Shown in pieces: positions 1-12,214 of a stretch of 64,000 nucleotides of DNA. Source of the DNA: Felis catus (taxonomy: Eukaryota). The position numbers and the translations under genes were made by a program. The notes under the pieces were generated by a model. It was not told the DNA's origin. It saw only the letters and a list, made by a program, of their open reading frames with translations, and searched no databases. Location of the stretch: positions 50,345,815-50,409,814 of the forward strand of contig NC_058368.1 of NCBI RefSeq assembly GCF_018350175.1, in the 5' to 3' direction. The stretch's first letter is position 1. Every line of letters begins with the position of its first letter.

Positions 1-830
1 CTCTTCAAACCATCTTTTGCTTTTCAGTATGTTTTGTAATTTTTTTCTTGATAGCCAGGCATGATAAACTGGGCAAAAGGAGATGCTTTAAAATAGTAAT
101 ATGTAAGTTGTCAGTAGTAATAGTAAGATGTCAGAGTAAGAGAAGCATAGTCCTGTGATTAGGTGCCACTCTTTTTGTGCACTTGTACCTCTAGATGGGG
201 ACCTTTTACATGATTCTCAGTTCCTCCTCCCACTTAGGTGGGAAAGGATGGAGGGAGCTGGAGTGGGGTATTTCCCTTCACCTAATGGAAAACTATACCC
301 AGCTGGAGTCAGTTATTAGGCTCTGATGAAACTCTAGCAGGTTAGTTTCTCCTGAGGGCAGACCTTATTAAGAACAGATGTTCTAAGGTATTTCAAAATG
401 GTTCCTTTTTCACGTCACCTACCAGAGGCACAGGGCAGTTTTCTCCAACGTTTACTGTTAGATAGAGCTGCTGGAGTTAAAACTCACAAAAAATGCAGCA
501 TCCCTGATGATTGGGTTACCCTGGAGTTTTCATCTCTCAGATTGTCCACTCTGAGCTTCCAGGAATTTATCAGTTATAGTTCAGGCTTCCTTACCTTGCA
601 CTGTTCCTGTGGAAGTTGCTGTTCCTGGATTTCTGCTCAGGTAATTTGTGAGCCTCTGTATTCCCCTGTGAATACATCTTTAATTTTGGTGGTAGCACTT
701 TGCTCTGTAATCTTCTACAGATCTAGGAAGAGTTGTTGCTTTTCCTGTTTGTTGCGCTTTCTACTTGTTAGGATGGAGTGGGAAATTGCTGTCTGCTTAT
801 ATGTTGGGCTGGAAACTCCTCATACAACTT
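1..830 (-). mobile_element. Ancient L1M (LINE-1) 5'-region fragment
   Basis: Degenerate motifs recalled from L1M 5' ends (e.g. ctgagcttccaggaatttatcagttatagttcagg). Accounts for the 162-aa ORF at 398-886. Boundaries approximate. Confidence 0.55.
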
Positions 831-1147
831 TGATATTAATCTCTCATCAGCCTTTGATATCACTAATGCTTTCTCCCATTTCATGAACTTCCTTCATTGA
901 ATAGAAACTTTGATTTAAAAAATTATGGTACAATACATATAATGTTTACCATCTAAGTCATTTTTAGGTGTATAGTTCAGCAGTGTTAAGCACATTCACA
1001 TTGTTGAACTTTTTCATCTTGAAAAGTAGAAATTCTATACCTGTAAACAACAGTTCTCAATTCTCCCCTCCCCCAGTTCCTGGAAACCATTATTCTACTT
1101 TCCCACTCTGTGAATTTGGTACTTCATATAAGTGTAGTCATACAGTA

Positions 1148-1149
<2 letters not shown>

Positions 1150-1197
<48 letters not shown>
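1150..1197. repeat. (TG)n microsatellite, about 24 units
   Basis: Directly visible. Confidence 0.98.
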
Positions 1198-1198
<1 letters not shown>

Positions 1199-1519
1199 CT
1201 GGCTTATTTCATTTAGTTTAATGTCCTCACTTTGCCCATAGAAACTTTTAATTTTGATATATTCAAATCATTGAGTTTTGCCTTACTGATTATATAATTG
1301 AGATTTTAAGGGGACTTTTTCTTAGGTCACAAAATCACTCCTACAGTTCTGGAACTATAGAGAGCTACATATATGACAATTTTGCAAAGATACATTATTA
1401 GTTTTACATTATACATTTCGATATTTATTTCAACAGGGGTCCAACTTCAAATGTTTATATGGTTTTAAACAGGTATTCAGTTTTATCTTCTCCAGTGAGC
1501 CAGCTATTCCAATATCATC

Positions 1520-1907
1520 TTTTTTTCTTCTTTTTTGAGAGAGAGGCAGAGAGAGAGGAAGGAGAGGATCTTTTCTTTTTTTTAATATTTATTTATTTTT
1601 GAGACAGAGAGAGTGAGAGCATGAGCAGGGGAGGGGCAGAGGGAGAGGGAGACACAGAATCTGAAGCAGGCTCCAGGCTCCAAGCTGTCAGCACAGAGTG
1701 GGGCTCAAATTCACAAACTGTGAGATCATGACCTGAGCTGAGGTCAGACATCCATCCAACTGAGCCACCCAGGAGCTCCAAGGGAGAGAATCTTAAGGAG
1801 GCTCTATGCTCAGCCTGGGGCCTGACTCATGGCTCAGTCTGTGAAATCATGATCTGAACCAAAATCAAGAGTCCGATGGTCAACTGACTGAACCACCCAG
1901 GTGCCCC
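1520..1907 (-). mobile_element. Older Can-SINE split by a younger SINE
   Basis: Poly-T/(GA)n at 1520-1570; body resumes at about 1780 and ends ccacccaggtgcccc. Confidence 0.8.
1571..1779 (-). mobile_element. Can-SINE (felid type) nested in an older SINE
   Basis: Full SINEC body; flanked by degenerate duplication aaggagaggatctt / aagggagagaatctt. Confidence 0.9.
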
Positions 1908-2559
1908 CCAAAGCCATTTATTGAACGATTCTTTCTTCTACTAGTGTTTGTAGCCTCATGTGTATCATTTTCTCATGTGTTGTCTGTCTGTAACTTGTAT
2001 TTTGTTCCACTGGTCTGCCCGTCTGTTACTGTACCAAAACTGGATTGCTTTTTCTTAAAAAAAAAATGACTATTCGTGTTCCTTTATTGTTCCAAATAAA
2101 TGTTATAGTAAGTTTATCAATTTTCTCAAAATAATCAGTTAGAATTTTGCTTAGGATTTCTTTAATAGTATAGATTAATTTGAGTCATCCTATTCAAGAG
2201 CATGGGGTATCTTTCCATTAATTCAGATCATCTTCTGTGTTGATTGATACAGTTTTAGCATTTTTTCCATAGAGACTTTATAAATTCTTGTTAGTTCCTG
2301 GATACTTTGCAGATTTTACTGCAAGAGTAATCAATTTTAAATTTTGTTTTCTAGCTGAGTATTGTAGGTGCATAGAAAATTAACTTTTATATGTCACTAA
2401 CCCTCATGTGTTAAGTCTTCTGTATTTATTATGGCTAGCTACAACCTTGAAGACTTTGTGACCAATTCAGCTAAATTAAGGGCTTAAATTGATCAGAGTG
2501 GTTCAAGGCATACATTATACCGAATTCCTCTTGCACACTGCCCTGTGTCCTTTCTGCCT

Positions 2560-3365
2560 TATCTCTGATTCCAGCCAATATTTCTACACAGGATTTGATC
2601 AACTTTATGCAGACAGCATGCTAATTCAAGTGTGTATGCTGGTCTTTTGTTTCCTGTCCTGGAGGTTCTCTGCCTTAGGGAATGGAATGATTGTGGGAGC
2701 ATACATGACATCCAGAGTAACCAACTCAACTACTGGTGGTCAATTTTGAGATGCATTCCTCAGGTTTCACATTTGATCAAGCACCAGCTATCCACACTGG
2801 TTTATAACTTAATAACATGCCTTTACATTGTCTTGAGTCCCATTTCTTTTTATTCTCTGTATTAGTCCAGTTCTCCAGAGATACAGAACCAATTGCATTT
2901 ATTACAAGGAGTAAGTGCACATGATCCTTTAGCATGAGTTGGCAGGCTCAAGACATAGAAGTCTATGCTTCAGTTTGAGTGCAAAGGCAGCAAAAAGCTG
3001 ATATCCCAGTTTGAAGGCAGTTAAGGAGGAGGAATTCTTGCTTACCTGGTGGAGGGTCAACCATTTTGTTTTATTTGGGCCTTCAACTGATTGGATGAGC
3101 TCGCACTGGAGAGAGCAAACTGCATTATTTAGTGTACTGACTTAAATATTAACCTCCTCCAAAAGCAGCCACCAAAACACCCAGAAAAATGTTGACCAGA
3201 CATCTGGGCATCCCATAGCTCTATTAAGTTAACACGTAAAATTTACGTGGACGTGCCCATGCCCTCTTCTCTAGTCCTTCACTCCTACTCCTTGGCATCA
3301 CCTATGAAGTAATCCACCTGCATACCAACCCCGTCTTGTTTTCAGGTAAGACCTGAGCTCAGACA
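2560..3365 (+). mobile_element. Old ERVL-type LTR (LTR16/LTR33-like), interrupted by MLT2
   Basis: 3' end ...ctccttggcatcacctatgaagtaatccacctgcatacc...ctcagaca resembles LTR16/33 termini. Left boundary uncertain. Confidence 0.45.
2858..3246 (-). mobile_element. MLT2 (ERVL) solo LTR
   Basis: tgtattagtccagttctccagagatacagaacc ... catctgggcatcccatagctctattaagttaacacgtaaaattt matches the recalled MLT2 consensus ends. Confidence 0.8.
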
Positions 3366-5134
3366 TCCATGTAGTATTTAGGATGTGGAGTAAGACTTTC
3401 ATTATGGGTGCTAATACTGGTGCAAGAGATATTTATGATTGTTGTAATTGCTGTTTAAGTTACTGAGCAATAATAAAATAATGTTGTATATGCATATATA
3501 TTTCCTTCTGTTCTTTTGAATTCCTTTGACATTTAGAACTGTGTTATGCAAAATATAATTCTAACATTTTTCCAGCATTAAAGCTGGGTGCTCATTTGAA
3601 CACATCGATACTCTTTTTAAAGGGAAGGATAGCACCCAAGATAGTTTCCAATTTTCTGTGATCAATGCTTTCGCAAAGTAAAGAACAGCAGAGAAGTCAT
3701 TATAATGTGAGAAGAAGAAGAAAACATATCAAATTCTTGCTCTAATTTGACATGCTGAGTTTAGCTAAATTTATCCTAAGAATAGCTGCAAAATGCTCAT
3801 TGCTAATAAGACCCATCATTACCATTAATGGCTTGAAGAGTCAAATTCACTTTTATTTATTGAATGGAAGAAAACTGTTAAAATCTTTGAATAACTCAAC
3901 ATGGTCTAAAGATTTAAGAAAATTGTACGACTTAGCATGTTTGCATTAGAAAAGAATTTATTTTTCCTGATTGACAGTGGTTATATGTATGTATTTGTTT
4001 TAGCTTCATATGAATTAAAAAACAGATCTAATTTTCTGATATTGTATAGCCTTACTACAATAAGGCTTCATAACAAGTGATATTTATTATATAGAGGAAG
4101 TATTGGAATAATGCAAAAAGGATTATATACGGCTTTTGCGTACACCTGACCTTTTAAGCTGCCTATCCATTGGAAGGATTTTTAGCTGTTAGCAATACTG
4201 ACAGTCCTTTTTTTGTAGGTGACTGTTGGGAAATGTAGCAAAATCATCGACACCATTTAACCTCTGATATTTTCCTTTAAATCATGCAGTGTTATTGTCT
4301 GTTGAGTGAAGGCAATTCATTTTTATTTCCCAGACTCTTGGTTCTGTCCAGCGAATCATGCTTTCAGTGGTATTTAAAATGAAGAGAGGGAAGCTGTGCT
4401 AAGTTCTGCTGAATTTCAGGTTTGCCCTGGAGATTTCTGAAGATATTCTACACAAACCAATGGTTGCTCTGTCACTAAATAGAAGTCTATTCAAAGAGGA
4501 GAGAGTGGCGCTCCCAGAGGGTGGACAGCCAATTGTCTCTTGCTTTCACATTGCTGACCCTCAGTGTAGAGGATTCTTTTCTACTAGAAGTTAAGGAGAA
4601 AGACTATCAAGCCTCTGAAATTTAAAATTTACTTTGTAAATGCTTAGAATCTGAATAGTACGGTATCAAGTCCAAGATGGTCTTTTCAGGGAGAATAGAA
4701 AAGGAAATAAATCTGTTAGTGACTCAGTTCAGTCTTGTTGAAAGCCAGTTTAAAATCTAACCTAGACTTGGTTAAAAGTAAGAGCAAGCAATATGATTGC
4801 TAAAAACAATAACATTAACTCACATGAGCTCTCTTTTTACTTATTGCTGGTTGTCTGTTACACAGATGTTAATTATCCAATGTTGTCAAGAATTTTTGTG
4901 TTTACTCTATGAACAGTTTTTGTAGCTGAATGATAGAAGGGTTAGTAGGTTCTGGATTCCCAGATTCTGGATTCAGTTACATCTGTATTAAAATTCTGAC
5001 CCTGTAATTTATCACCTGTGTAACGTGGGTATATTATTTAATTTACATGAGTTTTATTTTCTACATTAATATAAAGGGAATTAACAGACATACCTCCCAA
5101 GATCACTGTCACAATTAGAATCAGTATATATGTA

Positions 5135-5318
5135 GGGGTGCCTGAGTACCTCAGTTGGTTAAGTGTCCAACTCTTAATTTCAGCTAAGGTCATGATCTCA
5201 TGGTGGTGGAATTGAGTCCACATTGGGCTCCACACTCAGTGTGGAGCCTGCTTAGGATTCTCTCTCTCTCCCTCTGCCTCACTCCCTCGCTTGTGTTCTC
5301 TGTCTCTCTCTCAAAAAA
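5135..5318 (+). mobile_element. Can-SINE
   Basis: ggggtgcctgagt... head, (CT)n stretch, A tail. Confidence 0.9.
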
Positions 5319-6003
5319 GTAGTAAATGCAAAAGAGCTGGCACAAAGTAAGTGCTCCATTATTAGTAGCAATTCCTAGGTTTATCATTCAAAGGTTAGAC
5401 ATTCTGTGTGTCTCGTGCAGAGCTGAGAAACAGAATGGTCTCTCTACTACATCTTTGTCCTGGATTTCAGTTTCATTATTAGCTGCACTCTCTCTAGTCA
5501 TGATCATGTCTATACTCAGATGAGGGACATCCCTGGATGGGCTTTCAGACAGCAAGCAGGAAGACTGAGATACCCTTAGACCTAAGTCATGGGTATCATT
5601 CTAGCAAGTGTAAAATCCTTTAATGTTTGGTTTATAGTTTTCTCTGCTATCTTTGTAAGTGATCTTATGTATTAGTATTTATTGAAGCTTTGCTTTTTTA
5701 TTGACTTACAAGTTATATGTATGTTTGGTTATTCTTTGTGAAATAGCTCTTACCAATAAAAGAATATAAAGAATGATCACGCAGCAAACACTTATAGCTA
5801 CCATGGAGCTTAAAAAATAGAAAACAATAGTTATATACCTGAAGTTCCCTGTATTCATCCTCAATCTGTGTCATTCTTTAAACTAGCCTTAGTCTTATTT
5901 TTGGATTGATGATTATTCTTTTCTAAAAATAATGTTACCATATACAAATATACCTATGAAGAATAGCTATGCTACTTGCTTTTGGAAATGTATTACAGCT
6001 TAC

Positions 6004-6229
6004 GGGGCGCCTGGGTGGTGCAGTCAGTTAAGCGTCCGACTTCAGCCAGGTCACGATCTCGCGGTCCGTGAGTTTGAGGCCCGCGTCGGGCTCTGGGCTG
6101 ATGGCTCAGAGCCTGGAGCCTGTTTCCGATTCTGTGTCTCCCTCTCTCTCTGCCCCTCCCCCGTTCATGCTCTGTCTCTCTCTGTCCCAAAAATAAATAA
6201 AAACGTTGAAAAAAAAATTAAAAAAAAAA
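6004..6229 (+). mobile_element. Young felid Can-SINE
   Basis: CpG-rich near-consensus body; TSD gtattacagctta at 5990-6002 and 6230-6242. Confidence 0.97.
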
Positions 6230-6247
6230 GTATTACAGCTTAAAAAA

Positions 6248-6433
6248 TTTTTTTTAACCATTTATTTGAGAGAGAAAGAGAGAGATAAAGAAAGAGAGGG
6301 AGACAGAGGATCCAAAGCAGCTTTGTGCTGTGAGCGCAGAACCTGATGGGGGCCGAACCCAAGAACCCTGATATCATGACCTGAGCCAAAATCAAGAGTT
6401 GACCACTTAACTGACTGAGTCATGCAGGTGCCC
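6248..6433 (-). mobile_element. Can-SINE (older)
   Basis: Poly-T, (GA)n, catgacctgagccaaaatcaagag, ends caggtgccc. Confidence 0.88.
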
Positions 6434-6626
6434 TAATTTATTAAAGCTTCATAAATATAATCACAAATATGTAGTCACTTTTAGCAGTTGCTTCAGAAAA
6501 TTCATTGAGATAGTTAAGATCATACTCCTTTAATTTCTTAAGTTGGTGAATTATATTAAGAGATTTTCTAATGTCAAACCAAGCTTCCATGTTTTGATAT
6601 AAAGTTAGCTGTGATATGTTATCCTA

Positions 6627-6658
6627 TATGTGTGTGTGTGTGTATGTATATGTGTGTG

Positions 6659-6696
<38 letters not shown>
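6627..6696. repeat. Compound (TG)n(TA)n(GA)n microsatellite
   Basis: Directly visible. Confidence 0.95.
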
Positions 6697-6697
<1 letters not shown>

Positions 6698-7179
6698 TTA
6701 GTTGCATTTGATTTGTTCATATTTTGTTTTAGAATTATCAATATTCATGGTTTAGATTGACTCACAAATTTTCTTTCTTACACAGTTCTTACCTGTCTAC
6801 AAAATCAAGGCTGTTAGCTTCTTTGAAGGATATGGAGAATGTTTCCTCTTTTCTCTTCTCTGGAATTGTTTGTATAAATTGGATTTTATTTCTCTGAAGT
6901 TTAATAGAATTTACCCGCAAAACCACATTTTATTTGTGGGGGATATGCAGTTGCTGATTACATTACTTTAATAAATATGGAACTTTTCAGATGAGGTTAA
7001 CTTTTCTAGAAACATTTTTATAATATTTTCTGGGAATTTGTCCATTTTATCTAAGTTTTCACAGTCATACATTGTTAACAATTAATATGACAAATCTGTA
7101 GTTCTGTTTACTTTCTGATTTCTAATATTATTGATTTGAAAATTTTGTTTATCTTTTATGATGGCTAAACCAGCCTTTA

Positions 7180-7410
7180 TTTTTTTTATGAAAAAAGTTT
7201 TTTTTAAACATTTATTTATTTTTGAGAGACAGAGAGAGACAGAGCACAAGCAGGAGAGGGGCAGAGAGAGAGGGAGAGGCAGAGTCCAAAGAAGGCTCCA
7301 GGCTCTGAGCTGTCAGCACAGAGCCCCACGTGGGGCTCACACCCATGAACTGTGAAATTATGACTGAGCCAAAGTCGGATGCTCAGCTGACTGAGCCAAC
7401 TCAGGCACCC
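7180..7410 (-). mobile_element. Can-SINE
   Basis: SINEC body (ggctccaggctctgagctgtcagcacagagcc). Confidence 0.93.
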
Positions 7411-7527
7411 TGGTTGAAACTGTCTTTAAATCTTTTTCTTCTGTTTTTATTAATTTTGACCCTTATAATTTTTCTTAACTTTGTCTAGTCTATTTGGGTT
7501 TATTTTGTCTTTGTTCTGTATTTTTCT

Positions 7528-7754
7528 TTTTTTTTTTTTAATTTTTTTTTCAACGTTTATTTATTTTTTGGGGGACAGAGAGAGACAGAGCATGAACGGG
7601 GGAGGGGCAGAGAGAGGGAGACACAGAATCGGAAACAGGCTCCAGGCTCTGAGCCATCAGCCCAGAGCCTGACGCGGGGCTCGAACTCACGGACCGCGAG
7701 GTCGTGACCTGGCTGAAGTCGGACGCTTAACCGACTGCGCCACCCAGGTGCCCC
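7528..7754 (-). mobile_element. Young felid Can-SINE
   Basis: Near-consensus body; perfect 16-bp TSD tgttctgtatttttct. Confidence 0.97.
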
Positions 7755-7961
7755 TGTTCTGTATTTTTCTAAAGCTAGATATTTAGTTTATTCATTTCTA
7801 GCATTTCTCACTTTCCAATTTACATATTTAAGGCTCCAAATTTCTAAGTTTATAGATCCTCTAAGTTTATAGTCCGTATTGTCTCCTTTTATTTCTAAGT
7901 ATTTTCAAGTGGCCATTTTAGTTGTTTTTTGACCCATAAAATATTTAGAAGTGTGGCTCTA

Positions 7962-8182
7962 GGGCCACCTGAGTGGCTCAGTTGGTTGAGCAACTGAACT
8001 CTTGATTTTGGCTCAGGTCATGATCTCATGGTTCATGGGATCCAGTCCCAAGTTGGGCTCTGTGCTTAAAACATGGACCCTGTTTGGGATTCTGTCTCCC
8101 TCTCTCTGCCCCTCCTCCACTCATGTGTGCCTGCTCTCTCTCTCTCAAAATAAGTAAATAAAAACTAAACAAACAAAAAAAA
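7962..8182 (+). mobile_element. Can-SINE
   Basis: SINEC head, (CT)n, A-rich tail. Confidence 0.9.
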
Positions 8183-8372
8183 CCTTTGCTTTTCTAAATG
8201 TAGGAGGTGTTGAGTTTGTGAGTTTGTGTTTTTCTTGTTGGTATCTAAATTAACTACATGGAGGTCAGAAAACAATCTTTAGTACTTTTTGGAATGTTCC
8301 TGAGAATTGATTTATGGCACATGGAATTTTCCTAATGTCCCTTGTATGATGAAAAGTATGTGATTTTTCCAG

Positions 8373-8604
8373 TTTTTATTATTTAAAATTTTTTTTCTTT
8401 TTCATGTTTATTTATTTTTGAGAGAGACAGAGATAGAATGCGAGTGGGGTGGGGCAGAGAGAGGGGGAGGCACAGAATCTGAAGCAGGCTCCAGGCTCCG
8501 AGCTGACAGCACAGAGCCTAACATGGGGTTCGAACTCACAAGCTGTGAGATCGTGACCTGAGCTGAAGTCGGATGCTGAACCAACTGAGCAACCCAGGCA
8601 CCCC
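8373..8604 (-). mobile_element. Can-SINE
   Basis: SINEC body ending cccaggcacccc. Confidence 0.93.
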
Positions 8605-9137
8605 TGATTTTTGGTTTTTAAATGCAGGATTCCTCATATGTCTCTTGAACCAAACTCATTAATTTTAGTTTTAATATTTTTTCCTACTTTATCCATTGAT
8701 TATTGAATGAAGAATGTAAAAATATTCTACTTTCACAGTGGACTTGATAACTTTTCTTCATGTTTACACGTTTTAACATTCATTCTACCTAGAAATGAAT
8801 GCTAGAAATGAATACACATTTCAAAGAGGCTAGGTTTTTACATGCGTACAATTTAAAATTATATCTTTTTGGAATAAAATTTTATTAATGTATAATAACT
8901 CCTTTAATCTCTAGCAATATATATATTTTTTGTGATGTCTATTTGGTCTGATTTTAATACAGTTCAAGCTTTTGTATGACTAGTACTGGCTTGGCATGTA
9001 TCTTCTAAATGTTTGTTTTCAATTTTTAAATATTTCATGTTTTAGGTTGGCAAGTTGAGAGTTTCATCCCTTTATACTGATTTGAATTACTTGTTAGTTG
9101 TAATCCTTATATTTATTGTGTTAACGATTTTCTTTAA

Positions 9138-9361
9138 TTTTTTTTTAATGTTTATTTTTGAGAGGGAGTAAGAGAGAGAGAGAGAGCACACGAGCTGGGA
9201 GGGGTAGAGAGAGAGAGAAAGAGGGAGACACAGAATCCGAAGCAGGCTTCAGGCTCTGAGCTGTCATCACAGAGCCCTATGTGGGGCTTGAACTCACAAA
9301 CTGTGAGATCATGACCTGAGTTAAAGTTGGTAGCTTAACTGACTGAGCCACCCAGGTGCCC
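9138..9361 (-). mobile_element. Can-SINE
   Basis: SINEC body; TSD core tattgtgttaac on both sides. Confidence 0.93.
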
Positions 9362-9545
9362 TATTGTGTTAACTGTTATTTATAATTGTTTAGTGTGCTT
9401 CTTTTGTAGTTCTCCTTTTACTCCTTCTGACTTTTTCTTGAAAGATTTGTAGTTTTCTTTTTTTCTTATTTTTCTCTTTTTTCCCATCAATACTAGTTTG
9501 GATATCACTTTATTTCTGATTTTTAGTACAAAGTTTAACATGCAT

Positions 9546-10665
9546 TTTTAAATAGCTTCATTGAGATATAACTTACACACCATACAATTCACTTTTTTTT
9601 AAAATTTTTTTTAACGTTTATTTATTTTTGAGACAGAGAGAGACAGAGCATGAATGGGGGAGGGTCAGAGAGAGGCAGACACAGAATCTGAAACAGGCTC
9701 CAGGCTCTGAGCTGTCAGCACAGAGCCCGACGCGGGGCTTGAACTCACGGACAGTGAGATCATGACCTGAGCCGAAGTTGGACGCTTTACCGACCAAGCC
9801 ACCCAGGCGCCCCTACAATTCACTCTTTAAAGTGTACAATGGTTTTTATATAGAATACCGAATTGTGCAACTGTCACCACAATTTGAAACTATTTTCATT
9901 ACTCTAGAAATAAATCCAATATTGATCAGTTGTAACGGCTCTTGTCCCCCCAACCCTAGCAACACTTGAGCAACAATTATTCTACTGTCTTTCTCTATCA
10001 ATTTTCTTTTTGGACAATTAAATGCAATACATGGAACACAATATGTTTTCTTTTAAGACTGATCTCTTTCACTTAGCATAATATCGCAAGGTTCACCCAT
10101 GTTGTAGCATTGTTAGTTCATCATCTTTTTTTTTGTCCAAATAACATTCCATTGTGTGATTATACCATATTCCATTTATTCATCACTTGCCAGACATTTG
10201 GGTCGTTTACATTTTTTAGCTGTTATGAATAATGCTGTTATGAACATTTATGTACTAGTTTTCATGTGGACTTGTGTTTTCATCTCCGGTGGATATATAC
10301 CTAAAGGAGGAATTGCAAGATCATATGGTTTATTCTATGTTTACATTTCTGAGAACTGCCAGTTTTCCAGTTTAGCATTTTTCTGATGGCTAAGGATGTG
10401 TAACATGTTTTCATGTGCTTATTGAGCATTTACATATCTTCTTTGAAGGAATGTCTATTCAGATCCTTTGCGCATTTTTAAATTGGGTTATGTGTGTCTT
10501 TTTATTATTGAGTGGTAAAATTTCTTTATGTATCCTGAGTGCAAGTCCCTTGTTAGATACACGTTTGCAAATATTTTCTCTTACGGGTGGGCTGTCTTTT
10601 CACTTTCCTGATGGTGTCCTTGATGTACACTTTTTATTTTGATGAAGACTAACTTACCCATATTT
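9546..10665 (-). mobile_element. L1MB-like 3' UTR and ORF2 C-terminal fragment, with a SINE inserted
   Basis: aatagcttcattgagatataacttacacaccatacaattcac...ctttaaagtgtacaat; tttcacttagcataatat...; ggatatatacctaaaggaggaattgc. Confidence 0.85.
9593..9813 (-). mobile_element. Can-SINE inserted in L1
   Basis: TSD tacaattcact. Confidence 0.95.
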
Positions 10666-11379
10666 TCTTTCGGGACATAGAGGAGCTTTCTTACAGCTGT
10701 AATAGTAGTTGAGCTAGGATCTGGGAATTTAGGATTTTCAACAAATCTCTTTTCTTCAAGACACAACTGTTAATGGGGGTAAATGCAAATAAATATCTCA
10801 CACGCCCTATACCTTAGTAGTTTACAATCTACCTAGGTAGAAAAATAAGTGCAATAAAATGTCAAATAAGGCTTACAATTATTTAAGCCTTTAATATTGG
10901 CTCCAGACTCCTTGAAAGCTACTCTTTAAAATCCTTCCTGTCACGACCAGCCGTAATTAATAGTTTATTTATATCTAATTCAGGACCTGCCTGAACCTTT
11001 TTCAGAAGTATTTTTCCCAGTTTTAAAATGCCTACTTTTAAGTTTTTTAATTGTAAAAGGGATGGCAAATTAGATTTGCATTACTGAAAAGTTAACATCA
11101 TCTGTCTTTCTTTGAGTCTTATGGTTTGGTTAAAATAAACACAAAATTGGCTGATATCATTTTCATTTTTTAAAGTTTCTAAATTTATTTTGTAAAGAAT
11201 TCTAATATCTATCAAAATGCTGAAGTGTAGGAATAGCCAAGGGAAATGAGAGAAGTGCCTGACCTGGAGAGATAATGACTATCTAAGCAAGCCCAGGGAT
11301 ATTTTTGAAGAGCTAAAAAAAGAGTGGGTTCCTAGGATAGTTCTACAGAGCATGAAAGTAGATATTTCCTTTTAATGCT

Positions 11380-11427
11380 TGTGTGCGTGTGTGTGTGTGT
11401 GCACGTGTGTGCGTGCGCGTGCATGTG
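11380..11427. repeat. 48-bp alternating purine-pyrimidine (TG/CG) repeat
   Basis: tgtgtgcgtgtgtgtgtgtgtgcacgtgtgtgcgtgcgcgtgcatgtg. Confidence 0.9.
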
Positions 11428-11754
11428 ATTTCAAAATTAAATGATTCCCGTGGCTGGGTTGGCCTTCAGGAAGATAATCAGGCATTGTTAATCCAGTGTT
11501 GACATAACATGGGATGCTTCTCTGATCACTGTCGTGTGTAACTGGTATTTGGCATTTATAGTATTGTACAATTCCATTGAACAAGAGTTATTAGATATTC
11601 TGGAGTCCAAGGCACGGAGATAAATAAAACACATTTTTCCCTTCTAAGCTGAAATAGTAGAGTAGAAAAATGAGACATTTAAAAAATTCCAGTTTAATAT
11701 ACCGTGATAAGCACTAAAAAAGTCTGTCTTGGGTCTTTTAAGACAGTCTTAGCA

Positions 11755-11870
11755 TAATATAAAGTAACCATGAGAGTGACATCCCATGACCTTTGACATA
11801 CTCTATTGGTTAGAAGCAAGTCACAATTTCTCCCTATACTTAACAAGAGAAGATGATGCAAAGACATGTC
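11755..11870 (-). mobile_element. MLT1 (MaLR) LTR fragment
   Basis: gagagtgacatcccatgacctttgacatactctattggttagaagcaagtcac. Confidence 0.6.
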
Positions 11871-12214
11871 CCACTGTTGTTTTTAGTGCAGATTTTAGTG
11901 TTCTAGGTTCTGCAATACACAGATTGGAAGAGATGTTGAGAAAGTCAGTCTGTTGTACCTAAACCATTATGTTTCAAGACAGGCAAGTGGTCCATTGTGG
12001 CTGAAGCCTAGGACCCTGGGAACAGTTCAGTACAGATGAAGCTGGAGAGACAGATGAACCCAAGTTATAAAGGTCTGATGTGTCATGATAGGGGTAAGGA
12101 TAGTTCACTGTCTTTCTACAAGGGAAACAGTGAAGCCTCCAAGCAAGGAAATGATATAATCAAATCAGAATTTTAGAAAGATTTAAACAAATCTAAGTTT
12201 AAATTTAAAGAGAG

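Larger units (their letters stand above)
915..2400 (-). mobile_element. Old L1 (L1MB-like 3' end plus ORF2 fragments), interrupted by a microsatellite and SINEs
   Basis: Typical antisense L1M 3'-UTR text (tgtatagttcagcagtgttaagcacattcacattgttg; ctggaaaccattattctactttc; tgactggcttatttcatttag). Confidence 0.7.
5680..9540 (-). mobile_element. Fragmented ancient L1 (L1ME/HAL1-like) hosting many SINEs
   Basis: T-rich degenerate antisense L1-like text between the SINEs. Boundaries approximate. Confidence 0.5.

Noticed and set aside
398..886. 162-aa ORF
   Set aside because: Lies within an antisense old L1M 5' region; composition is typical of non-coding read-through.
6004..6100. tRNA-like A/B boxes
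   Set aside because: These are the tRNA-derived heads of SINEs, not tRNA genes.
5932..6243. Recurrent peptides such as GAPGWCSQLSVRLQPGHDLAVREFE and MAQSVK...SLEPASDSVSPSLSAPP (also at 19.8, 25.6, 33.3, 37.9, 53.6 and 56.1 kb)
   Set aside because: Translations of Can-SINE copies, not a gene family.
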